Origin: a virus
DNA: 64,000 nt
IMG/VR virus record: IMGVR_UViG_3300023184_004954
Location: 3,092 to 67,091 of that record
Strand: one strand, 5' to 3'
Shown here: piece by piece, positions 18,474 to 27,383 of the stretch
Position numbering within the stretch: position 1 is the stretch's first letter
Layout: every line of letters begins with the position of its first letter
Translations under genes and position numbers: made by a program
The notes under the pieces: generated by a model
What the model was told of the DNA's origin: nothing
Seen by the model: only the letters and a program-made list of their open reading frames with translations
Database searches by the model: none

Positions 18474-18692
18474 ATGGAAATGGATGAAAAGTATTTTGTA
18501 GCAAAAATTACCTATGATTTACCTGACGATGAAACGGGTAAAATCAAAAAAATCAGAGAAGAAAAATTAGTTCGTGGGTTTTCAGTAACTGATGTTGAAG
18601 CCAAAGTAACAAAAAAATACGAAGGTTTTACACGCGACTGGAGAATAACTTCAGTGTCTGAAAGTAAGATTGATGAAGTTATTGAATCTTAA
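18474..18692 (+). CDS. DUF4494-like small protein
   Basis: YFVAKITY...GKIKKIREEKLV.GFSVTDVEAKV resembles, from memory, the Bacteroidota DUF4494 pattern. Confidence 0.6.
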   Translation: MEMDEKYFVAKITYDLPDDETGKIKKIREEKLVRGFSVTDVEAKVTKKYEGFTRDWRITSVSESKIDEVIES

Positions 18693-18710
18693 CAAATTGT
18701 TTAAACATTT

Positions 18711-18740
18711 AAAAAAAGTGGTCTTATGACCACTTTTTTT
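18711..18740. terminator. Bidirectional terminator
   Basis: aaaaaaagtggtc-ttat-gaccacttttttt. Confidence 0.85.
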
Positions 18741-18864
18741 ATTTTACGACATATTTATTTAATATAAAGAAAAACAATTCATAAAAAAACTTCACAAATC
18801 AATCAAAAAATAAACTTTTTTCAAAAATCACACTATTTATTAGTTAAAATAAATAAAATTATTT

Positions 18865-20376
18865 ATGCAAAAAAATAAATCATTAGTTGAAGAGGCACTT
18901 ATTCAAATGAAACAAGTTGAAGAAGCTATCTCTGAAAATGCAAAAGGAATACTTGCTTCTACTATGAAGGAAGAAATCAATCAATTAGTAAAAGAGTCTC
19001 TTTCTGAACAAGATGATGAAGAAGACCAAACAGATGTAGACGTAGATACTGACACAGACAATGTTGATGTTGATATGGATGCAGATAATGAAGATGAAGT
19101 TGAAATGGATATGGACGCAGACACTGATACAGATGATGTTGATGTAGACGCTGATGTTGACATGGATATGGATTCTCAACCACCAATTGATTTAACTGAC
19201 GCATCTGATGAAGAAATTCTTAAGGTGTTCAAAGCAATGGGCGAGAATGACGGTATTATTGTTAAAAAGAATGGCTCTGATGTCACTCTTAAAGATAGTA
19301 ATAACGATTCTGAATACATTGTAAGATTAGGTGAATCTATGGATGAATTAAATCAAGGAATGATGGAATACTCTGAAGAAGAAGATGACGACCAAGTTCA
19401 AGGTGTAATAGACGCAATTTTTTCTAATAACAATTCTAAAAAAGACTCTTATAGAGATTCTGATGATGAAGAAATGGACGAAGAAGAAGGAGTTATGTAC
19501 GAAATTGAAATGGACGAAGAATCCGATGAAGAAGAAATGGATGAAGAAGAAACAATCTATGAAATTGAAATGGATGAAGAATCTGACGAAGAAGAATTAG
19601 ATGAAGAATCTGATGAAGAAGAATTAGATGAAGAATCCGATGAAGATGAAATGGATGAAGAAGATTCTTGGAGTATGGATGAAGCATACAGTCGCAAAAA
19701 ACTCAAAAAAGGTATCAAACCAAAAGGTGTCGGAATAGGTAAACCAAAATTTGAATACAAGAAAACAACCGGTGGTTTCAAAGAAAGTATGAAACAAGGT
19801 GCAAAATCTGTAGGAACTGGTAAACCAAAATTTGACTACAAAAAAGGTGAGAACATGGGTGGTACTAATAAAATGGTTAAAAAAGTTGAAACTAAAGAAG
19901 CCGCAAGAACTATGGGTATGGGCCCAAGAAAAGGTGGTGGACTTAGAAAAGGCATTACCCCCAATAGAAACCTTAAAGAGGAAATTCTACAACAAGAAGT
20001 TAGTATGTTGAGACAGAAAAATGAAGAATATAGAAAAGCTCTGAATACTTTCAGAGAAAAGCTAAACGAAGTTGCAATTTTTAATTCCAACTTAGCTTAC
20101 GCCACAAGATTGTTCACAGAACATTCAACAACTAAAAAAGAAAAAATAAACATTCTTAGAAGATTTGATGATGTTGAAACATTAAAGGAATCTAAAAGCC
20201 TTTATAAATCAGTAAAAGACGAATTATCTAAGATTGAAAGTAAACCAATGAACGAATCAGTTGAAAACAAATTGAATAAAAATGTTTCTACAGGTTCTTC
20301 AACAACTCTTATTGAATCAAAAACTTATGAAAACCCTCAATTTATGAGAATTAAGGATTTGATGTCTAAGATGTAA
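18865..20376 (+). CDS. Prohead scaffolding/core protein (gp22-like), highly acidic
   Basis: Lies between protease and capsid; coiled-coil C-terminus; many L/I-x-E sites; tandem TATTTAT motifs at 18752 and 18834. Confidence 0.8.
   Translation: MQKNKSLVEEALIQMKQVEEAISENAKGILASTMKEEINQLVKESLSEQDDEEDQTDVDVDTDTDNVDVDMDADNEDEVEMDMDADTDTDDVDVDADVDMDMDSQPPIDLTDASDEEILKVFKAMGENDGIIVKKNGSDVTLKDSNNDSEYIVRLGESMDELNQGMMEYSEEEDDDQVQGVIDAIFSNNNSKKDSYRDSDDEEMDEEEGVMYEIEMDEESDEEEMDEEETIYEIEMDEESDEEELDEESDEEELDEESDEDEMDEEDSWSMDEAYSRKKLKKGIKPKGVGIGKPKFEYKKTTGGFKESMKQGAKSVGTGKPKFDYKKGENMGGTNKMVKKVETKEAARTMGMGPRKGGGLRKGITPNRNLKEEILQQEVSMLRQKNEEYRKALNTFREKLNEVAIFNSNLAYATRLFTEHSTTKKEKINILRRFDDVETLKESKSLYKSVKDELSKIESKPMNESVENKLNKNVSTGSSTTLIESKTYENPQFMRIKDLMSKM
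19462..19665 (+). repeat. In-frame acidic tandem repeats within the scaffold gene
   Basis: EESDEEELD units (27 bp) and two YEIEMDEESDEEE units. Confidence 0.85.
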
Positions 20377-20409
20377 TTAAAAATAAACTTAAAAAAAAAA
20401 TAAATTAAC

Positions 20410-22239
20410 ATGGGAGCATTATTAGAAAGCGGTCTTGTTGGTAACATCGGGTTAAAACACCTTAAAGTTATTAAAGAAGACACTATTAACAAATGGGACA
20501 AATTAGGGTTCCTTGAAGGTCTTAAAGGCCACCTAAAAGAAAACGTAGCTCAGCTATATGAAAACCAAGCATCATTTTTAATCAATGAAGCATCATCAAC
20601 ATCTGATACAGGTGCATTTGAAACAGTTGTGTTTCCAATAGTTCGTAGAGTATTCTCTAAACTTTTGGCTAATGACATCGTTTCTGTACAAGCTATGAAC
20701 TTACCAATCGGTAAATTGTTCTTCTTCGTACCTAACATTCAGTCTTATGAAGTTGATACCGCAACAAATGGTCAACATTATTCTCCATACGGAGCACCTG
20801 GTGCAACAAATGGTCAAACACCAGATTCAGGTTATTTACCAGCAAATACAGGTAAAAATCTTTATGACAGATTTTATGAAGGTACTGAACCAGCTTTAGA
20901 CCCTCCAGGTTTGTTTGATTATTCTAAAGGACAATTCTCAGCAATTACCTCAACTTCTTCTACAAGCCCAACTAAAACTTCTACAGCAGTTTGGAATGGT
21001 GCTACTGGAAACTTAATAGCTTCAGGATATCCTGCATCAACAGAATTCAGAAAAGTATTGATAACTATGTCAGGTTTTGCATCTGATGGTGCTGGTAAAT
21101 TAATCGGTCCTGATGGTCAAGTAATGGATAACGAAGCTTTCTTAACTGATTTGACAATTCAGGCAACTGCTACAGGTTGTTTCTCAGGAAAAACTAGTGG
21201 TAATTTATTATTTAGAGTAGTAACTCAAAGATATGGTAGAGGTATTGTTCAATACGGTACTAATAACCAATCAACAAGTTTTGCATCAACAGGTAATGGT
21301 GGTTCTTTTGATAACATATGTGATGCCGACGGAATTATATATCTTGAAGTTGATTTACAAGTACCTTGTACTGTAGGTTCTAACTCTCTTGATGGTTATT
21401 CTGGTACTACAACCTCAGGTCCAGGTAGTTCAGCACCAAACGCTGATTTCGTATCAACTTACAGAGTTTACAAAACACTTGAGTTTGAAGATAAAATTGG
21501 TGAGGTTTCTTTTGACCTTCAATCTGTAACAGTTTCTGTTACTGAAAGAAAATTAAGAGCTCAATGGTCTCCTGAGATGGCTCAAGACGTTGCTGCATTC
21601 CACAACATTGATGCTGAAGCTGAATTAACAGCTTTATTGTCTGAACAAGTTGCTGCGGAAATTGACCGTGAAATCCTTCGTGATTTACGTAAAGGCGCCG
21701 CTTGGAACTTACGTTGGGATTACAATGGTTGGAAAAGACTAGGAAATCAAGCAGTTCCATACACTCAAAAAGATTGGAACCAAACTTTGATTACCGCAAT
21801 CAACCAAATTTCAGCTCAAATCCATAAGTCTACCTTAAGAGGTGGTGCTAACTGGATAGTTGTTTCTTCTGAAATCAGTGCTATTATGGATGATTTGGAG
21901 TATTTCCACGTATCAAACGCAGCACCTGAACAAGACCAATACAACATGGGTATTGAAAGAGTAGGTACTTTGGCTGGTCGTTACCAAGTTTATCGTGACC
22001 CTTACTTCCCTGCTAACCAAGTGTTAATGGGACACAAAGGAACGTCATTGTTAGATACAGGTTACATCTACGCACCGTACGTACCTCTACAATTAACTCC
22101 AACTATGTACAATCCGTTCAATTTTACTCCAATTAAGGGTATTATGACGAGATACGCAAAAAAGATGGTCAACAATCGCTTTTACGGAAGAATTACTGTA
22201 GATGGTGTTAGAACATTTGATTTAAGAGAATTGAGATAA
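20410..22239 (+). CDS. Major capsid protein (T4 gp23-like)
   Basis: PIVRRVF, VSVQAMNLPIG, RKLRAQWSPEMAQD, AEIDREI, YAPYVPL and GIMTRYA motifs. Confidence 0.97.
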   Translation: MGALLESGLVGNIGLKHLKVIKEDTINKWDKLGFLEGLKGHLKENVAQLYENQASFLINEASSTSDTGAFETVVFPIVRRVFSKLLANDIVSVQAMNLPIGKLFFFVPNIQSYEVDTATNGQHYSPYGAPGATNGQTPDSGYLPANTGKNLYDRFYEGTEPALDPPGLFDYSKGQFSAITSTSSTSPTKTSTAVWNGATGNLIASGYPASTEFRKVLITMSGFASDGAGKLIGPDGQVMDNEAFLTDLTIQATATGCFSGKTSGNLLFRVVTQRYGRGIVQYGTNNQSTSFASTGNGGSFDNICDADGIIYLEVDLQVPCTVGSNSLDGYSGTTTSGPGSSAPNADFVSTYRVYKTLEFEDKIGEVSFDLQSVTVSVTERKLRAQWSPEMAQDVAAFHNIDAEAELTALLSEQVAAEIDREILRDLRKGAAWNLRWDYNGWKRLGNQAVPYTQKDWNQTLITAINQISAQIHKSTLRGGANWIVVSSEISAIMDDLEYFHVSNAAPEQDQYNMGIERVGTLAGRYQVYRDPYFPANQVLMGHKGTSLLDTGYIYAPYVPLQLTPTMYNPFNFTPIKGIMTRYAKKMVNNRFYGRITVDGVRTFDLRELR

Positions 22240-22261
22240 TCAATCTTTTACAAATACACTT

Positions 22262-22290
22262 AAGGAGACAAGAAATTGTCTCCTTTTTTT
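22262..22290 (+). terminator. Terminator after the major capsid gene
   Basis: aaggagacaa-gaaa-ttgtctccttttttt. Confidence 0.85.
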
Positions 22291-22343
22291 ATTATTTTTA
22301 TAAAATAGTAGATTTTTCGGAAAAATATAGTATATTTATAATT

Positions 22344-23027
22344 ATGAAAAAAGTAGAACTAACTAAAGAAGAATTAAATAATATTTTAAAAATGTATAAT
22401 GAAGAGTTATTGGGAACACATACAATATCTTTAAAAACAGGGATTAGTAAACCCACAATTAATAGAATTCTTAAAGAAAATGGTGTTGTCTTCGGTCCAT
22501 CAGGTAGACGATTCACAGGGGGTAAAAAAGTTGCCGACAAAAAATGGAGAGGGAAAAATAAGGAATATATGTCACAAAAACATAAAAAATGGTATAATGA
22601 AAATAAAGATAAATGGAATGAATATATAAAGGAGTATAGAGAAAAGAATGTTGATAAAATTCGTAAAATTAAACGTGATTATGAAAGAAATCGTAAACAT
22701 AACGACCCCCTTTATAAACTAGTTGCTAATTTCAGGACAGCTATCTATACTGTATTAAAGGAGAATAATATGGATAAATACGGTCATTATTTTGAAATTT
22801 TACAGTATAGTCCTGAGGAACTTGCAATACACTTGGAAAATCAGTTTACAGAGGGTATGACGTGGGAAAATTACGGGGAATGGCACGTTGACCATATTTC
22901 ACCCATCACATCATTTAACTTCCAAGAAATCGGGGATAATGAGTTTATGAGGTGTTGGAGTTTGAATAATCTTCAACCTATGTGGGCGGATGAGAATATT
23001 AGGAAATCAAATAAGATATTAGTATAA
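22344..23027 (+). CDS. Free-standing HNH (homing-type) endonuclease with N-terminal HTH
   Basis: WHVDHISP...NNLQPMWADENIRKSNK; HTH-like ISLKTGISKPTINRILK. Confidence 0.8.
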   Translation: MKKVELTKEELNNILKMYNEELLGTHTISLKTGISKPTINRILKENGVVFGPSGRRFTGGKKVADKKWRGKNKEYMSQKHKKWYNENKDKWNEYIKEYREKNVDKIRKIKRDYERNRKHNDPLYKLVANFRTAIYTVLKENNMDKYGHYFEILQYSPEELAIHLENQFTEGMTWENYGEWHVDHISPITSFNFQEIGDNEFMRCWSLNNLQPMWADENIRKSNKILV

Positions 23028-23387
23028 TATTTGATTATTTCTTTTAAGGATTTTATAACCGAGAGTTATTCGGGGTTCTACTTGTGGTATTGCGAAGCTG
23101 ACAATATCTCTTATTTCGTAGATTAAGGAATTATCTTCGCCTTCCAATTTTATATTATCCAGATAAATGTATCTATTTTTATCAAAGTCTGCTTTAATCA
23201 TTGTGAAGGATGATTCAAAGTAGAATAGTTCGTCCATAAGTTTTTCTAGATGGAGAAGATGAGGTGAAAGTGATTTATTTTGGAATGCGGAATCAACTTT
23301 TTGTAGGTAGGCGTAGAGTATGTATTGTTTATGTTCAAAATCTATTGGAGATTCCACGTACCAATTCAGGGGTAATAGAGATTCCAT
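23019..23387 (-). CDS. Hypothetical protein
   Basis: 122-aa ORF (PIDFEHKQYILYAYLQ); late motif 14 nt upstream. Confidence 0.7.
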   Translation of the reverse strand: MESLLPLNWYVESPIDFEHKQYILYAYLQKVDSAFQNKSLSPHLLHLEKLMDELFYFESSFTMIKADFDKNRYIYLDNIKLEGEDNSLIYEIRDIVSFAIPQVEPRITLGYKILKRNNQILY

Positions 23388-23444
23388 GATGAATATTTAT
23401 AATAAATATTTATTTTTTTGGTAAGATTGGTATATTTATTTTTA

Positions 23445-23525
23445 ATGTTAAAATCATTTCGGAGCATATTTTATAAGAGTAATGTATTAGAGTTTATAAT
23501 CTATTTTAATTCCCTTCTTTTTTGA
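23445..23525 (+). CDS. Putative 26-aa leader peptide (uORF)
   Basis: MLKSFRSIFYKSNVLEFIIYFNSLLF*; TATTTAT ends 5 nt before the ATG; stop codon lies inside the terminator hairpin. Confidence 0.4.
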   Translation: MLKSFRSIFYKSNVLEFIIYFNSLLF

Positions 23526-23538
23526 GGGGATTTTTTTT
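23511..23538 (+). terminator. Terminator/attenuator in the 5' region of the aaRS-like gene
   Basis: tcccttc-tttttt-gagggga followed by 8 T. Confidence 0.7.
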
Positions 23539-23577
23539 GCCTATGAGTTAAATAAATTAAAAATAAAACAAAAAAAA

Positions 23578-24420
23578 ATGAAGCAAACAAAAGTTTACAA
23601 TGAGTTAGTACAAAAGATGAGAGGATTTTTCCTTGATAAGGGATTTATTGAGGTTCCGACTCAGTCAAGATTATCTATCCTTGCTGCGTGTGAGAACCCC
23701 CATTCAGTTGCAACGTTCAATTATAATGGTGAGGTGTGGCCGTTACCTCAGACGGGACAGATGTGGTTAGAATATGAGCTATTAAAGAATCCTGAGTGGG
23801 ATGGTGTGTTTTGTATTTCCACATCATACAGGGATGAGAAGGAACCGATACCGGGTAGGCATGAAAAAATCTTTCCGATGTTTGAATTTGAGAGTAAGGG
23901 TAATATGATAGATTTAGAAAAATTGGAATTTGAGTTATTGCGATTTTTGGGGTTTGAGAGAGCGGTTGTGGTTGATTATGAAAGTGTTTGTAAGGAATAT
24001 GGTGGGGTTGAGATTCTTGAGGATGAGCATGAGAGTAGGATGTGGAAAGAGAAGGGTAATGTGGTATCATTGCAAAACTTTCCGTATAGGACATCTCCAT
24101 TTTGGAATATGAAACATACTTTTGGTGGGACATTTAATAAGATTGATGTTATATTATTTGGTCAGGAGACTATTGGTTCTGCGGAGAGAAGTTGTAATCC
24201 TGAGGAGATGAGAAAAATGTTTTATGAGATATCTGATGGTGGGTATGCGAGTAAATTATTTGAATTATTTGGTAAGGAGAGGGTTGAGAAGGAGTTAGAT
24301 GAATTTTTAAGTTTTGATTTCTTTCCTAGGTTTGGTGGTGGTATTGGTATGACTAGATTGGCTAGGGCATATGAGATAAATAAGAGCACTTTGGAGATTA
24401 TGAAGAAAGAGTTGGTATAA
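23578..24420 (+). CDS. Class IIb aminoacyl-tRNA-synthetase-like catalytic-domain-only protein (AsnRS/AspRS paralogue)
   Basis: Motif 1 FFLDKGFIEVPT, motif 2 YRDE...GRH..FPMFEFE, ETIGSAER and motif 3 GGGIGMTRL; no anticodon-binding domain. Confidence 0.85.
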   Translation: MKQTKVYNELVQKMRGFFLDKGFIEVPTQSRLSILAACENPHSVATFNYNGEVWPLPQTGQMWLEYELLKNPEWDGVFCISTSYRDEKEPIPGRHEKIFPMFEFESKGNMIDLEKLEFELLRFLGFERAVVVDYESVCKEYGGVEILEDEHESRMWKEKGNVVSLQNFPYRTSPFWNMKHTFGGTFNKIDVILFGQETIGSAERSCNPEEMRKMFYEISDGGYASKLFELFGKERVEKELDEFLSFDFFPRFGGGIGMTRLARAYEINKSTLEIMKKELV

Positions 24421-24447
24421 ATTCATTTTAAATAGTATTTATATTAT

Positions 24448-25467
24448 ATGAGAAGTTTAATTAAACAAATCCTTAAAGAAGAATTAGATAGGAGGGAAAT
24501 AACTTTATTTAATGAATTAAATAAGGAAAAAAACCAATTAAAGATTAAGAGTAACATTATTGATTATATTAAAAAAATAAGCGTTTATTTGGGGTTAGAC
24601 CCTAAGATGGCTCAATACTATTATCTACTTTGGAAAGCCAATTACAGAAAAGAAGGTGGATACAATAAAATATCTCCTGAGGAATTTGTTGGAGCTAAAG
24701 ATTTACCACAAAGAACCATAAGTAATCCACAATCAGGTAATTTTGTTAGAGCTAAAGCTCCATTCAAGGGTAGTAATTTGGAAGGACGTTGGGGGACAGA
24801 TAAAAATGGTGTTGATTATTATGTAGTGATTTCATATAGGTGGTATCCCGTTTATTTATTCAAACAAGATAAATGGTATAGAACTTCCAATACTTATTCA
24901 TCATCAACATCAAGACAAATGAATAATGCAGACCCGATAGAATGGGATGAAAATGTTGAACGTGATTTTACTTGGGTTACTAAAGATGAAATGGATACTT
25001 TAATGTACGGAACCGCAACTTATGATGATATAATGAAGGGTAAGGTTAAAAATATTGTTAAGAAAAAAGAAGATTTTATTAATAAAAAACCTAAATTTGC
25101 TAAGAATTGGGGTTGGGGGGATAATTATACACCAATGAAAGCAAGATTCAAAGTTACAGATATTAGAGATGAGGGGGATAAGGCAGTTGTTGATGTAACC
25201 ATTGATGATGCTGGAACAAGGGAACGTCAACCAACAAATGGTCTAGTAACTAATAGAATGGTGCCATCTAATGGGGGATATTTAAAAGGTGAAGTAGAAG
25301 GAGTTACCAAAGAAAAAGTTGAGAGTACGATTAAAAGTAATATAACTCGTAATTTTAAAGACTATGTTGGTAAATTTCCAAATTATAAGAATGATACTTA
25401 TGACTTTGAATCGACTCCTGAGAAACACGCAATTAAATTTAACTTCATACACTCAAAAGAGATTTAA
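24448..25467 (+). CDS. Hypothetical protein with MRSLIKQILKEE leader
   Basis: 339-aa ORF; TATTTAT ends 5 nt before the ATG. Confidence 0.8.
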   Translation: MRSLIKQILKEELDRREITLFNELNKEKNQLKIKSNIIDYIKKISVYLGLDPKMAQYYYLLWKANYRKEGGYNKISPEEFVGAKDLPQRTISNPQSGNFVRAKAPFKGSNLEGRWGTDKNGVDYYVVISYRWYPVYLFKQDKWYRTSNTYSSSTSRQMNNADPIEWDENVERDFTWVTKDEMDTLMYGTATYDDIMKGKVKNIVKKKEDFINKKPKFAKNWGWGDNYTPMKARFKVTDIRDEGDKAVVDVTIDDAGTRERQPTNGLVTNRMVPSNGGYLKGEVEGVTKEKVESTIKSNITRNFKDYVGKFPNYKNDTYDFESTPEKHAIKFNFIHSKEI

Positions 25468-25470
25468 TTA

Positions 25471-25498
25471 AAAACCCCCATTTATTCAGTGGGGGTTT
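25471..25498. terminator. Bidirectional terminator overlapping a convergent gene end
   Basis: aaaccccca-tttattcag-tgggggttt. Confidence 0.7.
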
Positions 25499-25715
25499 CA
25501 TTTGGCGTTTGGGTTAGTAATCTTAGGGATTTTGATAATATTTCTGATTCTTGTAGGGAATATATGTTTTTGGAATAAGCCATTTGTATTGCTTGTGTTA
25601 ACACATAAAAGGCTTGTTCTGTTGTCATACTATCAAGAAATTTTATAACATCTGTTGAATTATAAAATGAGATACTTTCAAATAGATGTCCCATAGGTTG
25701 TATTTGTTCTTCCAT
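25482..25715 (-). CDS. Hypothetical protein
   Basis: 77-aa ORF. Confidence 0.65.
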   Translation of the reverse strand: MEEQIQPMGHLFESISFYNSTDVIKFLDSMTTEQAFYVLTQAIQMAYSKNIYSLQESEILSKSLRLLTQTPNETPTE

Positions 25716-25763
25716 AATTAAAATGTTGTATATTTATTGTATATTTATTGTATAGTAAAATAT

Positions 25764-26450
25764 ATGAATAAAAAATCAATAAGGGAAGCGACTGGTTCAG
25801 GAAGTGCAGGACATTTTAAAAATCCTATAAATTTTGCTCCATTAGATTGGGGTAAGGAACCGTTGGACCCATTTACTATTCCTGTTTCAAAGTATCTAAA
25901 TCCTGATTTAGCTTATGATAGTTATGATGGTGAGATGGAGATATCTGCCGCTAAGGCAAGTAAGATTGAAAGGATGACAAAAAAACTTGCCAGAAAAGCT
26001 TCTGAAACTTTTGGACAAAATGATGATGATGGAAACCCATTAAATGGTTTTATCCCTATGGGAGATTCTACTCCTGGTACTCCGGGTAAAGAATCTGATT
26101 TGGTTAAAGAAGATTTGAGAGTTTGGTTTGGTACAAAAAAGAAATCTAAAGGTAGTTCTCAACCAAAAGGGCCTTGGGTTAATATTTGTCGTAAAAAAGA
26201 GGGTGGTGGTCATCCCCCTTGTGGTAGACCTGATGCATCAGATAAAGGATACCCGAAATGTAGGGCGGCTGGGGTCGCATCTAAAATGACAGACTCCCAA
26301 AAGAAAAGTGCTTGTCAGCAAAAAAGAAATGCTGAAAAAACACATAGTAAAACAGGTACAGGAAACAAACCTAAAATGACTCATTATGAGCCAAAAAATG
26401 AATCTCTTAAAGAATTAATTAAAAAAGTTTTAAGAGAAGATTTCAGTTAA
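25764..26450 (+). CDS. Hypothetical basic Cys-motif protein with C-terminal LKELIKKVLRE motif
   Basis: LRVWF...PWVNI...PCGR...YPKCR; ATG at 25764 follows two TATTTAT motifs. Confidence 0.75.
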   Translation: MNKKSIREATGSGSAGHFKNPINFAPLDWGKEPLDPFTIPVSKYLNPDLAYDSYDGEMEISAAKASKIERMTKKLARKASETFGQNDDDGNPLNGFIPMGDSTPGTPGKESDLVKEDLRVWFGTKKKSKGSSQPKGPWVNICRKKEGGGHPPCGRPDASDKGYPKCRAAGVASKMTDSQKKSACQQKRNAEKTHSKTGTGNKPKMTHYEPKNESLKELIKKVLREDFS

Positions 26451-26853
26451 ATTTACTAAGAATTACTTTTAAAGAATGTTTAATATTACCATTAATTTCA
26501 TCTTCCAATTGTTGTCTAATCTTTTCAAGTTCACTATCAAATAAAAATATTATATCATCATATAATTTAGTGTTATCTATAAAAACATTATATCCATAAA
26601 CGTGATTAACTAGACTAATTGTTCTATTGTGAATAACAATGAACATATTTTTTTCATCATTTTTAATAAATCTTTTATTTGAAAGAGGGGCGATAGTTAA
26701 TTTAGTATTATTTAACATTATTAATTTTTTGCATATTTCAATACAATATATTTCTTCTTCTTTGGGCTCAGGTGTTGGGTCAAATCTATCTTTAAGGCGT
26801 AAGTAAAATTTATGGAGAAGTCTTGGGATGTATCCTACGGAGTTATTATTCAT
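26443..26853 (-). CDS. Hypothetical protein
   Basis: 136-aa ORF; TAAATTTG (-7 element) ends 4 nt before the ATG. Confidence 0.7.
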   Translation of the reverse strand: MNNNSVGYIPRLLHKFYLRLKDRFDPTPEPKEEEIYCIEICKKLIMLNNTKLTIAPLSNKRFIKNDEKNMFIVIHNRTISLVNHVYGYNVFIDNTKLYDDIIFLFDSELEKIRQQLEDEINGNIKHSLKVILSKFN

Positions 26854-26920
26854 TTTACAAATTTAGTATTTTCCATTGATTAAATAAATATAGTTGATTA
26901 AATTTAAAAAAAAATAAAAA

Positions 26921-27346
26921 ATGACAAAAGTAAAAGAAGGTGACACAGTAAGTGTTAATTACACAGGAAAATTTGAAGATGGTGAAATATTTGATACATC
27001 TTTAATAGAAGGCAGAGAACCTATAAAAGCAACTATTGGTGCAAAACAAGTAATTCCAGGTTTTGAAAATGGACTTATTGATATGATTGTTGGTGAAAAG
27101 AAAACAATTGAGATTGAGCCTGAGGAAGCATATGGTTCATATAAACCTGAAATGATTTTTGATGTTCCTAAAGAACAATTCCCTGAGGGAGTTAAGCCAG
27201 GAGATATCTTAAATGCTCAAAGTCAAATGGGTCCTGTTAATGTTACAATCGTGGAGGTTGGTGATGAAACAATTAAAATTGATGCTAATCATCCGTTAGC
27301 AGGTAAAAAATTGATTTTTGAATTAGAACTTATCGGTATAGACTAA
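26921..27346 (+). CDS. FKBP-type peptidyl-prolyl isomerase (SlyD-like)
   Basis: VSVNYTGKFEDGEIFDTS, VIPGFE, PEEAYG and IDANHPLAGKKLIF motifs. Confidence 0.95.
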   Translation: MTKVKEGDTVSVNYTGKFEDGEIFDTSLIEGREPIKATIGAKQVIPGFENGLIDMIVGEKKTIEIEPEEAYGSYKPEMIFDVPKEQFPEGVKPGDILNAQSQMGPVNVTIVEVGDETIKIDANHPLAGKKLIFELELIGID

Positions 27347-27353
27347 AAAATTA

Positions 27354-27380
27354 AATCCCCCATTTTTTAGGTGGGGGATT
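27354..27380. terminator. Terminator between convergent genes
   Basis: aatccccca...tgggggatt. Confidence 0.7.
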
Positions 27381-27383
27381 ATT

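Noticed and set aside
18977-20090. Several Ser-, His- or Ile-rich minus-strand ORFs
   Set aside because: Artefacts of the GAT/GAA repeats in the scaffold gene
12645-22239. Introns or inteins in terminase, portal or capsid genes
   Set aside because: ORFs are uninterrupted and show no intein C/S...HN termini or LAGLIDADG motifs; the capsid's extra length looks like a Ser/Thr/Gly-rich insertion domain
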